Source of the DNA: an uncultured Candidatus Rokubacteria bacterium
GTDB taxonomy: Bacteria > Methylomirabilota > Methylomirabilia > Rokubacteriales > CSP1-6
NCBI GenBank assembly: GCA_963789955.1
Contig: CAWBMV010000012.1
Span: 1-64,000, forward strand
DNA length: 64,000 bases
Direction of reading: 5' to 3'
The stretch's first letter is position 1. The number at the start of each line of letters is the position of its first letter. A program made the translations under genes and the position numbers. Positions 11,644 through 22,159 of the stretch are shown here, in pieces. The notes under the pieces are model-generated. The model was not told the origin of the DNA. It did no database searches and worked only from the letters and a program-made list of their open reading frames with translations.

Positions 11644-11971
11644 TCACCGGGACGTCCGGCGCGCGTGTGCGATGAGCTGCTGCGAGACCGGTCGAGATGT
11701 TGCGACAAGGCGCGTCTGCCCTTCGGCCGACAGCCGTACCACGTCACCGGCCGCCGATCCTGAAATTCCTTGCGAACGTCCACGTAGCCCGCGTCCTCGA
11801 GCTTCCGCATGTGGGCCCCGAGGTTGCCGTCCGTTTCCGTCAGCAGCTCCTTGAGGCGGCTGAACGACAGGCGGTCGTGCCGCGCCAGCAGCACCGCGGC
11901 GCCGAGCGGGCGCGGTGCTGCAGCAGGTCGTCGAGAGCGGGAACGAGGCTCGGGCGCAGCGGCCGCGTCAC
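11644..11971 (-). CDS. winged-helix transcriptional regulator (MarR/ArsR-like HTH_34 type)
   Basis: LSFSRLKELLTETDGNLGAHMRKLEDAGYVDVRKEFQDRRPVTWY. Confidence 0.85.
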
Positions 11972-12540
11972 GGAGCCGCTTCAAGCGCGCGCCCTCCTCG
12001 GATGCCGGCGACGGTCAGGGCCACGGCCAGCGCCACGCCGACCATCGTCCAGGCGTAGGCCGGGAGACCGTGTCACGCACGATGTAGCCGGCGCCCATCA
12101 CCGCACCGACCCAGAGGAACGGCCGCTCGCCGTGTACCCCGGCCGTGAAGTAGCCGAGCGCCAGAATCAGCAGGATCACGGAGTTCAGCACGTCCCACGA
12201 CAGGACGCCGCGGATCGGCATCAGCACGGCCAGCGCAATCGCCGAGCAGCATCCCGCCCCAGTGCAGGCAGGTGCCGCCGGCCGTCCGCCGCGGAGACCT
12301 GACCCGTGCGCTGCGCGTGGCGCCACCCGAGTATAGGCACTGACAATGAAGCCGACAGGTCCCGACCACCGCCCAGTACGGACCAACCAGCGCCTGGCGA
12401 AAGTCCACCAGGACGAACCCGACCAGCACCGCGGCCGCCCAGAAAAAGTAGATCGCGGCCGGCGATTTGTGCCGATCGCTCGATGCCAGCGCGCCCCGGA
12501 CGAAGCGGAGGTCTCCCCCGATTTGCTCGAGCTCGGTCAT
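11968..12540 (-). CDS. membrane protein co-transcribed with the wHTH regulator
   Basis: MTELEQIGGDLRFVRGAL...IYFFWAAAVLVGFVLV... multiple TM helices; GTGA overlap with regulator. Confidence 0.7.
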
Positions 12541-12554
12541 GCGACGCCTCCAGT

Positions 12555-12577
12555 TACTCTAAATATTAGAGCACTCT
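12555..12577 (-). promoter_or_regulatory. putative operator palindrome
   Basis: CTCTAA-ATA-TTAGAG (12557-12571), AT-rich, immediately upstream of the RBS of the 12540 gene. Confidence 0.55.
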
Positions 12578-12587
12578 GCTACTGGAG

Positions 12588-13072
12588 TCAAGCGCCGGTT
12601 GAACGGCGTCGCGTTGACGTGGCATTTGCCTTGGCTCTGCCCTTGGCGGAGAGGGCGTGCTCGGCGCCGCGGGTCATCGTCTTGATGAAGTCGACGCGAC
12701 GGAAGCGCAGCCCCGACCAGTCCTCGTCGATGGCCACCATGCGCACCGGTTCGAAGCCGGCCTCGCCCATCGCCGTCCAGCCGTTGTCGCGGTTGATGGT
12801 GGACGTGGTACTTCTTCGAGGTGCCCTTCGGGTAGGCGAACCAGACCACCGCGTCACCCGCGGTCTTGGCAGCCGCGGCGCGCATGGCCTTGTCGGCTTC
12901 CGGCTGTGAGGTGACGAAGGCGAGAAAGAAGCCGACGCTCTTCACCCCTGCCACCGAGCGGTGGACGGTGACGCCGTCCAGCGCGCTTCAGTTCCGGCTC
13001 GAACGACGCCGGCGCGTCGAGGACCAGGATCGCGTCCTGGTCCTTGAGGTTCATCTTCTCGAAGACGGTCAT
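12588..13072 (-). CDS. hypothetical protein (DUF3052-like)
   Basis: VFEKMNLK..ILVLDAP...VWFAYPKGTSKKY..INRDNGW...VRMVAIDEDWSGLRFR. Confidence 0.7.
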
Positions 13073-13550
13073 CTATTTCTTGTCGTAGTGCTGCTTGCTC
13101 TTGATCGGCGTGCCCTGCGCGTCGGTGCCTTCGGACGTAATGGTCAGCACCTTGCCGTCCGGCGACAGCGCCCAGGTCTGGGTCTCGGTCAGCTTGCCGT
13201 TGAGCATCGCGGTCCGCACGATCGTGGTGGCGTTGCTGCGCTTGAAGGTCACCGTGGCCGGCTGATTCGGCACGGGATACTCCTTGCCGTCCAGCTTGGC
13301 GGTGATCACCACCTCGTTCACGGCGTCCCCGCGCCACGTCTGCGCCTTCGACACGATGTCGTCGCCCTTCACCTCCAGCGTCACGCACACGACGCTGGGG
13401 CTGCGTGGCGGCGGGCTCGTAGACGGACTTGAAGCGGTCGAGCTCCCACGTGCCGGCGAACGAGGCCTGCGCATGGGCCACCGATCGGCAGCGACCACCA
13501 GCGCCAGCAGGGCGACCCCGCCAACCAGATTCGATCGAAACGTCTCGCAT
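13073..13550 (-). CDS. secreted hypothetical protein, lipocalin-like beta-barrel
   Basis: signal peptide, FAGTWELDRFKS (GxW motif), AKLDGKEYP, WALSPDGKVLTIT, HYDKK. Confidence 0.7.
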
Positions 13551-13552
13551 CC

Positions 13553-14573
13553 TCAGGGCCCTCCTTCACGCGACCAGGTCGAGCGCGACTCCGACGAGAG
13601 CTTCACCGGGCGGGCCGGACGCGGCCGCTCGGCGACGGGCAGCGGCGGCACCGTGGTCGCACAGGCGTCGGATTCCACTTCGTGCCGTCGGCTTCCCGCT
13701 TGAAGTGCGTGCTGGTGTAGAACGGCTGCGTCAGGTACCGCGGGTCCTCGACGATCGTCGTCACGTGCAGCCACTCGTCGCCGTTCGGATACGGCGGCAG
13801 CCGGTGGAAGTACTCCGTGATGACGGCCTGCTCGCTGTAGGGCACGCCGTTCTTGCGCAGGTAGCCCTCGCGGAACTGCGTGGTCGTGACCTTCAGCGAC
13901 CCGCCGCGCAGGATCGACGCTGTCCCGCGCGGCGGCGGTCCGCCGCGCAGGCCCTGGCCGCCGCCGCCCGGCACCACCACCTGTCCGCCGCGCGCCACGG
14001 CGTCTGCGTTGCCCGGCGGAATCTCGCCGCCCCGTGCCCACGCCCGGGTCCCTCCCACACGGCCATCGAATGGCCCTGCCACGTGCGCTCGGCCGGCGCC
14101 GGCGTCGCGTCGAAGTGCAGGAGACGCGTCTGCGTGCCCGCGTCGAACTCGAGCTTCAGCGTGGACGGAGTCGGCCCACGAGACGCGCAGCCGGCCGGGC
14201 TGCCGCATGATGCCGCCGACGCCGAACGCCTTGCACTGCAGGCCGGCGGCGTTGTCCTTGGCCAGGTCCCACGCCTCGGCGGCCTTGCGGCCCTCGGCGT
14301 TGACCGGCATGCTCGACACATCGCCCTTGGGCGGCGTCACCATCCGCCAGCGGTAGTCCTCGGTGACGATCGGCCACCCAGTTGCCGGTGAGATCGATCG
14401 GCGCCAGGTCGCGCGCCGTGCGCGGCGCCGCCGGCGCGCCCGGCCGCGGCCCCGCTGCCCTGCGCCGCCAGCCACGCTGCGTCGACATCGGGCCCGGCGA
14501 CGAACCACGCCAGCGCGCCGCCGACGCGCCGCCAGGCCCAGCACGCGGACGATCGACGAGCGGCAGCGCTCAT
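13553..14573 (-). CDS. secreted uncharacterised two-Cys family protein, paralogue A
   Basis: APIDLTGNW, QCKAFG, TWQGHSMAVWE, LKVTTT, EDPRYLTQPF, C-terminal P-x-C; ATGA coupling with upstream MBL. Confidence 0.75.
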
Positions 14574-15490
14574 CGCGCGCCACCCGCCGACGCCGATCCG
14601 CGTCGCGCGGCCACGGCGTCGCGTACAGCGACTCGACGAACGCCGCCGTGGACGTGGGCCCGGTCGGCGTCGCGTAGCGCCCGTCGTAGTCGAGCGACGG
14701 GCCGCGCCGCCTTCACCTGCTCCAGCGTCAGGCCGCGCTCCACCATGTCGCGCACGCGCGCGGACACGATGACCAGCATGTCGCGATACTCCACCACGTC
14801 GGCCTCGTCGGAGATGCGACCGTGGCCCGGGATGATCAGGGTGCCGCCGTCCTGCCAGGTAGCTTGCTGGGCACCGCCATCTCGAGGATCCGGTTGAGCG
14901 CCGCGATCGAGCCGGCGACGCTGCCGCCGTTGGCAGGTCGATCACGGGATAGGTCGTCGTCGAGAACAGGTCGCCGGCCACGATCACGTCGGACCGGCGG
15001 AAGAACACCATCGTGTCGGCGTCGCTCGACGCGGCGCCCGCCGTGGTAGAGCATCACCGGCTCGCCGTTGTACGGGAAGTCGCGGGAGTCCTCGAAGAAC
15101 GTGTTGTAGGGCCGCGCCCGGTCGGGCACCTTGGCGGCAATCATGCGGAGGTTCGCGTTCTCGTGCGCCACCACGGCGGCGACGTTGCCGTTCACGGTCT
15201 TGCCCGGCGAACGACGATCGACTCGTTGCCGCCGATGTGGTCGGGGCGGAACGTCGTGTTGATGACCCAGCGGATCGGCTTGTCGGACAGCTGCCGCATG
15301 GCGGCCAGCACCTTCTCGGCCATGGCGCCGCCGCCGGTATCCACGACCACCACGCCGTCGGGCCCCACCTGCACGGCCACGTTGGCGCCGGCGCCGACGA
15401 TCATGTGGACGTTGCCCTGCACGTGCATCGTGCGCACCTCGCCGGCGGGCACGGTGGTCGGCCGGTCATCCGGCGCCAGCGCCGACCTGA
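14570..15490 (-). CDS. MBL-fold metallo-hydrolase-like domain with degenerate HxHxDH motif; probably the C-terminal part of a fusion with 15466-16384
   Basis: VQGNVHMIVGAGANVAVQVGPDGVVVVDTG, INTTFRPDHIGGN, VAHENA, VIVAGDLF, NGGS, IIPGHG. Confidence 0.8.
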
Positions 15491-16384
15491 TCGGGCACGG
15501 CGGGCGCCGGCACACCCTCCGCGCTGCGTCGGCCTTGCCCGCTCCGGATCGTCTCGACGTACTCGGGCCGCGTGGTCGCCGCCCCGCCGCGCACGGCCTC
15601 CTGCGGCATGCCGTACTTGGCGCCGACTTCCGTCAGCCACGGGTTCTTGCCGGGCAGGAACATCGGCACCTGGTGGCGAGGCCGCGGAATCTCGTTGACG
15701 TACTCGCAGTTGTAGAGCCAGTTCGTGTTGTTGCGCTCCATCAGCACGAATTCCTGGCTGCGGATGTAGGGCTCGGTCAGGTACACCGGGTCGGTGGCGA
15801 TGGTCACGTGCGACAGCACGTTGCCGTGGCGCATGAAGTGCTCCACCAGCGTCGCGCGGTCGCTGTTGGGGATGCCGCTGCGGCGGAAGTAGCCGGCCTT
15901 GATGTGCGTGGTGGTCACCGTGAGGATGTCGCCGTTCCACTCGCCGGTCGAGAACCCCACGAACGAGTGGGGCGCGTACTCGGGCGGATGCGGGCGGCCG
16001 TCCATCCAGATGGTGCGCCACTGCTGGTAGGTGCCGATGTAGAACTTGATGGCCAGGAGCTCCTGCGAGTCGGGCTGCCGCTCCTCCCAGACCCGGAACT
16101 GCAGCGGCCCGTGGAAGAGATACGGCATCGTGTAGGGCTGGCACTGGTGCTCGAGCACCGTCGTCCGCTCCACGTCCCAGCTGTCGGCGAACATCCGGGC
16201 GGCCTCGTTGACCGGGCAGCCCCGAGTAGTCGTTGGGTTCCACGCCCGGGACGCGGTCGGGCTGGTCCTCGTGATACCGTCCCGATCCAGTCGCCGACCA
16301 GGCTCACCTGGCCGAAGGCGCGGCCGCCCGACGCGGCCACGCACCGCCAGCAGCCAGCAGCGCACCGCGCAGCGCGCCTCGCAT
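15466..16384 (-). CDS. secreted uncharacterised two-Cys family protein, paralogue B
   Basis: signal peptide, EHQCQP, RTIWMDGRPHP, GFSTGEWNGDILTVTTT, TDPVYLTEP, YNCEY. Confidence 0.8.
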
Positions 16385-16414
16385 GACCGATCGATTCACT
16401 CCGCTACCGTGCAC

Positions 16415-17265
16415 TTACTGCAGGACCTGCGTCTTCGACGTCGTGCTCTGCAGGTGCTCGTTCAGATCCGGCAGGCACGACACTTCCTGGATGTCCACGT
16501 CGTCCACGCGGTTGAAGCGCTTGGTGCTCTTCCACTCCCCGTCCCAGTTCTCGGGGTCGGTCATCGTGTACTCGATCTCGAGCTGCTTGCCGTCGCTGAC
16601 CAGCGTGATCCGCTCGATGATGCGCAGTTGCTCGCCGGCCGGAATCGACACGCCGCCCTGATCCATCCAGTGGTGATCGCCGCGGAAGTGCCGCGGTGTC
16701 CACCACCAGCGTGTCGCCCTCCCACCGGCCGATCGACTCGCCGTTGTAGGTCCGAACCACGATGTCCGGCTCGGTGTGCGAGCGCCCGTCCAGGTAGACG
16801 ATGCGCAGGCTGTTCATGAAGCCGCTGACCATGTAGATCGGCCGTCGGCAGCTGGATCATGGCCATCGGCCAGTAGCGCGTCATGATGAGCGGCAGCCCG
16901 GCCGGCCAGCACTGCCCGATGTCGTCGCGGTAGACCTTGCCCTCGGCCGCGGCCTTCTGCGACGCGTCGGCTTGCGCCTGCGCGCCGGGCTTGAGCGGCG
17001 GATACGGCGGGCCGAACCGCCAGGCGTCGGGGTTCTCGCTGACGTCGATGAACCAGTTGCCCGTCACGCTGAAGGGCGCGGCCGGCCGTGCCTTGGCGAT
17101 ATTGGCCGGCGCCAGCGCGCTCAGCGGTTCGGCGGACGCATCGCTGGCGGCGCCGCTCGCCGGCGGGCGGCTCGATGGTCGGCGCCTCGAGCGACGGCGC
17201 GCTTGCAGCCCAGATGGCGCCAGCAACAGCGGCAGCGCAACGATGGCCGCAACGCGCCAGCGCAT
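16415..17265 (-). CDS. secreted uncharacterised two-Cys family protein, paralogue C
   Basis: signal peptide, QCWPAGLP, RIVYLDGR, GESIGRWEGDTLVVDT, IERI, TDPENW, EVSCLPDLN. Confidence 0.8.
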
Positions 17266-17297
17266 GGAGCGTCAGCCGCTGCAGCGGCACGCGCACG

Positions 17298-17702
17298 TTA
17301 CTTCGACTCCGGCCGTGCCCAGACGCGCCGGCCGCTCGAGGAACGTGCGGCCATCGGCCAGCGTCAGCGACACGAAGATGCCCGACGGGCTCGCCGCTGC
17401 GGACCGGGTTCACCACCACGGTCACCTTGTCGCCCGGCTTGATCAGGTTCGACTTCCACCCGGCTCGCACGAGGTAGGTGGGCGACGTCAGCTCGACGCC
17501 CCACAGCACGTCCTTCTTCGTCGCTGGTCCGGCACCAGGACCTCGATCCAGGTGTGGGGGTTCTGCCAGCGGAACTCCTTGACGGTGCCGACCAGCGTCA
17601 CCTGCTTGGTGCGATCGAACGCCGCCGGCGAGTGGTGCGCCAGCACCGGCACGCCCACCACGGCCAGCGAGCAGCGCCAACATCGCACAGTCGCATTCTC
17701 AT
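17298..17702 (-). CDS. DUF6152 family protein
   Basis: signal peptide then LAHHSPAAFD..KQVTLVGTVKEFRWQNPHTWI...WGVELTSP..L.RAGW....KPGDKVTV. Confidence 0.85.
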
Positions 17703-17733
17703 CGTCTGTCTCCTTCGGACGCTGCCGACTCCG

Positions 17734-18545
17734 CTAGCGAACGTGCACTTTCGACGACGTGCTCTGCAGGTGCTCGTTCAGGTCGGGCAGGCACTCCACT
17801 TCCGCGATGTCGATGTCGTCCACGCGGTTCCATCGCCGCGTGCCCTTGTACTCGCCTTCCCAGTTCTTCGGGTCGGTCAGCGTCATCTGGATCTCCAGCG
17901 TGCCGGCCGCCGTTGATCAGCCGGATCCGCTCGACGATCCGCAGCTCGCCGCTGGCGCGAACGCCCTGGTCCACCCACCGGTGCTCGTCCTCGATGAAGT
18001 TCTTCGTCTCGACGACCAGCGTGTCCCCCTCCCAGCGGCCGATGGACTCGCCGTTGAAGGTGCGGACGACGATGTCGGGGTCGGTGTGGGCGCGGCCGTC
18101 CAGGAAGATCGTCCGCAGGCTGTTCATGAACCCGCTGACCATGTAGATCGCGGTCGGCACCTGGACCATGGCGATGGGCCACACGCGCGTCATGATGATC
18201 GGCACGCCCGCCGGCCAGCACTGCGCCGATGTCGTCGCGGTAGACCTTGCCCTCGGCGGCCGCCTTCACGTAGGCGTCGCGGTGGCGCTGCGCCTCGGGC
18301 TTGAGCTTCGGAATGGCGGCGGGACCGAACAGCCATCCCTGCACCGGCGGCGTGTTGTCGATGAACCAGTTGCCCGTCAGGTTGAACGGCGCGGCCGGAC
18401 GCGGCTTCGCCAGGTTCTCGGGCGCCAGCGCGCTCGGCGGCTGCGGCGGCACGTCGGCAGCCTGCTGCGCCAGCGCCGCGCCGGCGCCGCCAACCAGGCC
18501 AGGCCAACGCCACGATCCAGAACCCGCACATTCGGCTGTCGCACG
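17734..18545 (-). CDS. secreted uncharacterised two-Cys family protein, paralogue D (close duplicate of C)
   Basis: CWPAGVP, RTIFLDGR, GESIGRWEGDTLVVET, VERI, TDPKNW, EVECLPDLNEHLQST. Confidence 0.8.
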
Positions 18546-18650
18546 TCTGCCCGTCCTCCCTCCACCACACCGCGGTGCGGTGCGGCCGATTGTAACGCCC
18601 GCGGCAGGGCTGCACAAAGCTGCGCGTCGCGATCCGCGAACTGGCGCTGA

Positions 18651-18678
18651 CAGATTCGGTGACGCGATCACGAATCTG
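18651..18678. promoter_or_regulatory. inverted repeat, candidate enhancer-binding-protein site
   Basis: CAGATTC-G-GTGA cgcga TCAC-GAATCTG, about 100-130 bp upstream of a sigma54-like promoter. Confidence 0.45.
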
Positions 18679-18780
18679 CGCGGCGTGCGCCACGAATGCC
18701 CCCGTCTCAGGCCCGGGCCTGCCCCACGGTGACCGCGCCACTTGCGGCCGTTTTCGCCACATCGGCTGCCGCGCGCGGCC

Positions 18781-18795
18781 TGGTACGGTCGTTGC
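18781..18795 (+). promoter_or_regulatory. sigma54 (-24/-12) promoter
   Basis: TGGTAC-GGTCG-TTGC with exact GG-N10-GC spacing, 50 bp before the ATG at 18846. Confidence 0.6.
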
Positions 18796-18845
18796 CCACG
18801 GACATACGCGGACGCACCAGTTTCTGTAGTGAGCAGCCGGAGCAC

Positions 18846-20767
18846 ATGAACAATCGCCACCCCCACCGTTCACCACGCCGACGACGCGCAGCTCGCCGAA
18901 GAAGTCGACTCGCTGATCAACGACTATGGGCGTCGACCCGATGGCCATCGAGGTCAACGGCGAGCAGGACGAACCCGACATCCACGAGCCGAGGGCGCAA
19001 GCCGGCCGACGCCGCCGAGCGCATCGCCTCCGGACGACGGCCGCCTGGAGCACGACGACGATCGATCCGGAGGTGCACGCCGCCGAGATCGCGCTGGTCG
19101 AGGCGCACGCCAAGGCACGGCTGGCGGCCGAAGTCGAGCGGGTGAAGGCCGAGGCCGCTGGCCCAGACGCCAGGCGGAGCTGGCCAGCCAGGAAGCCGCG
19201 GCCGCCGCCGAGCGCGAACGCGCCGTGACCGAGGCGCGGGCGCAGGCCGAGACGCGGCGCGCGAGTCGATGGCCACGGAGCTGGCCCGCGCCCGCGCCGA
19301 GGCCGAGCAGCGGCTGGCCCGCGAGCTGGAGGCAATGGGCAGCGAGCTGACCCGCACCCGTACCGAGGCCGAGCAGAAGCTGGCTGGGGAGTTGGAGCGG
19401 GCGCGTGCCGAGGCCGAACAGCAGCTCGCGCAAGAACTGGAACGGTCGCGAGAGCAGATGGAACGCCAACTGGCCGAGCGCCTGGGCCAGGCTCGCGCCG
19501 ACGCCGATCGCGAGCGTGAGGCCAACCTGCGCGCGCGCCAAAGCCGACGCCGAAAGCACGCGTGCCGCGGCGATGCAAGAGGCCCGTCTGGCCGCGGAAT
19601 CGGCCACCACTCGCGCCCTCGAGGGCGAGTTCGCGCGTGTACGGACCGAAACGGAGGCCAAGCTGCAGACCGAACTGGCGACCCTGCGCGAGCAGGCCGA
19701 CACGGCACGGCGGCTACAAGCGCAGGCGCAGCAGCAAGCCGAGGCTGCCCGCGAGCAGGCCGCGCGCGACGTGCAGGTGGCGGCGCAGCGCGCCGCCGCC
19801 AAGGCGTTCGAGGTCGAAGCGGGCCGCATACGGTCGGAAGCCGAGACGCGGCTCAAACTGGAAAGCGAGCGGTCGCGTTTCGAGAACAACCAGCGACTGG
19901 AAGACGGAGGTGGCGAAGCTGCGGGCCGAGGGGCAGGAGCGCGCCGCGCGGCAGCCGGCGGCGATGCCTGCGCCACCCTCCGTGGCTGCGGCGCCGCCGC
20001 CGTACGTCGAACCGCAAGCCCCACGCGCTGCGTTCGGGGAACGGTTCGTAGCAGCCGGGCCGATGGACGATGCCGACGATTCGTCGAGCTGGCGCATCTG
20101 GGCCGCCGCGGCCGCAGCCGCGGCGGCTGTCGTCATCATCGGCACCGGCGGGTACTTGCTGTTTGGGCGATCGGTCGACGCACCGGCACCAGCAGCCGCT
20201 CCGCCCGTCGAGGTCACTCAACCGGCAAGCGAACCCGCAGACGCTCCGCCCGGATCCACGCCGCGCAACCGGCGGCCTGCCCGGACCGAGCCCGCCCGTC
20301 CGCCAGCGGCCAAACCGGCCGCGAGCGCCGCACGCCGCTGCTGCGGCCAAGTCGCCCGATGGCGTCCTGGCCGTGTTCTCACGGGTGCCGCTGGACGTGT
20401 GTGGACGGGGTCCGGCGTGGGCTCGACCGACGACGGCCAGCTGACGGTGGCCCCGGGCCGGCGCCGAATCGAGCTGGTGAACACTGCGGCTGAACTATCG
20501 GGGCGAGGTCACCCTGGACATCGCCAGCGGCCAGACCACGTCTCACACGGCCACGCTGCCGCCCGGGCAGCTGCGCATTGCCGGGGCCGCCGGCGCCGAG
20601 GTGTGGGTCGAGGGCGAGCACGTCGGCACGCTGCCGCTCGGCGACATCTCCGTGCCGCTCGGCACGCGCGAAGTGCTGGTGCGACATCCGCAGTTCGGCG
20701 AACGGCGACAGACCGTGGAGGTGACCTACGGCGCGCCCACGCAGGTGTCACGCTGATGCAGCAGTAG
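18846..20767 (+). CDS. coiled-coil, TM, PEGA domain protein
   Basis: long E/A/R-rich helical repeats, TM (AAAAAVVIIGTGGYLLF), Pro-rich linker, PEGA-like GAEVWVEGEHVGTLPL...RHPQFGE; many indels. Confidence 0.7.
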
Positions 20768-20851
20768 GCCGCGCGGCGGAGCGGCCGACGCGCGCACCCG
20801 CTTGCCGAGCGCCCGCGGCGGGCTTCCGCGCTACCATACGGCCCATGCGAT

Positions 20852-21649
20852 GTGTCTACGCGTGCGGCATGGATGCTCGTGCTCCTCGTCGCTGCCGCCC
20901 GTCCACCGCTCTCGTCGCGCGCGCAGCAGACCGCCGAGCCCCTTCGAACCCGAGGTCGGCCAGCCCGGCAAGGACGTCGTGTGGGTCCCGACCCCGCCGG
21001 CGCTGGTCGAGAAGATGCTCGACATGGCCGCAGGTCGACGCCCACCGACTTCGTGATGGACCTCGGCTCGGGTGACGGCCGCAACGTCATCGCCGCCGCC
21101 AAGCGCGGCGCCCGAGCGCTGGGCGTCGAGTTCAACCCGGACATGGTGGCGCTGTCGGAGCGCCTCGCCCGCGAGCGCCGGCGTCGCCGATCGGGCCCAG
21201 TTCGTGCAGGGCGACATGTTCACGGCCGACATCTCGAAGGCCACGGTGATGGCCCTCTTCCTGCTGCCGAGCAACATGCTGCAGCTGCGCGCGAAGTTCT
21301 TCGCGCTGGCGCCCGGGCTCGCGCATCGTGTCCAACACGTTCCGCATCGAGGGCTGGAAGCCCGACAAGAGCGAGACCATCGGCGGCGACTGCACGGCGT
21401 GGTGCGAGGCGCATCCTGTGGATCGTGCCCGCCAAGGTCGAGGGCCGATGGCGCGCATCCGACGGCGAGCTGACGCTCACGCAGGACTTCCAGATGGTGT
21501 CGGGCACGCTGACCGTCGGGCGGCAAACCGGTGCCGGTGACCGGGCAAGCTGAACGGGCGCGAGATCACGCTGACGAGGCACGCGCGAGTCACAGGCCGC
21601 GCGTCGGACCGACATCGAGCTGAGCACCGCGGGGCATCGACCCCGCTGA
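20852..21649 (+). CDS. class I SAM-dependent methyltransferase with signal-like N-terminus
   Basis: DVVWVPTP, VMDLGSGDGR, GVEFNPDMV, GDMFTADISKATVMALFLLP; 3' end approximate. Confidence 0.85.
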
Positions 21650-21717
21650 CGCCTCACGCGGAGTCAGCAGGCCCGTGCGGCTCGCACCGCGGCGAGCTCG
21701 ACGCGCCAGGAGCCGCC

Positions 21718-22152
21718 ATGACCGCATGGATGTGGATCGCGCTGGGCCTGGTCGCTCGCGGCCATCGAGCTGGCGACGCCGGGCGGCTTCTTCGTCATCT
21801 TCTTCGGCGTGGGCGCCGTCGTCGTCGGCCTGCTGCGCCTGGTGGGCCTGCTCGAGCCGGCCGTGGACGCAGTGGCTGGTCTTCTCCGTCATCGCCCTGG
21901 CGGCGCTGCGCCTCTTCCGGCAACCGCTGCTGGCCCGGCTGCAGCCGCGACAACCGGCACGTCGTGGATTCGCTCGTCGGCGACTCGGCCCTGCCTCTCG
22001 AACGCGCCTGGCGCCCGGCGGGCACGGCAAGGCCGAGGTGCGCGGGGCGTTGTGGAACGCCCACAACGTGGGCGACCGCGCGGTCGTCGCGCGCGAACGC
22101 TGCCGCGTTGTCGCCGTCAACGGACTGGAACTGGACATTCAGACCGGAGTGA
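21718..22152 (+). CDS. NfeD family protein
   Basis: WMWIALG..IELATPGGFF, TM helices, GKAEVRGALWNA...VVAVNGLEL OB fold; precedes SPFH gene. Confidence 0.85.
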   Translation: MTAWMWIALGLVARGHRAGDAGRLLRHLLRRGRRRRRPAAPGGPARAGRGRSGWSSPSSPWRRCASSGNRCWPGCSRDNRHVVDSLVGDSALPLERAWRPAGTARPRCAGRCGTPTTWATARSSRANAAALSPSTDWNWTFRPE

Positions 22153-22159
22153 GGTGACC

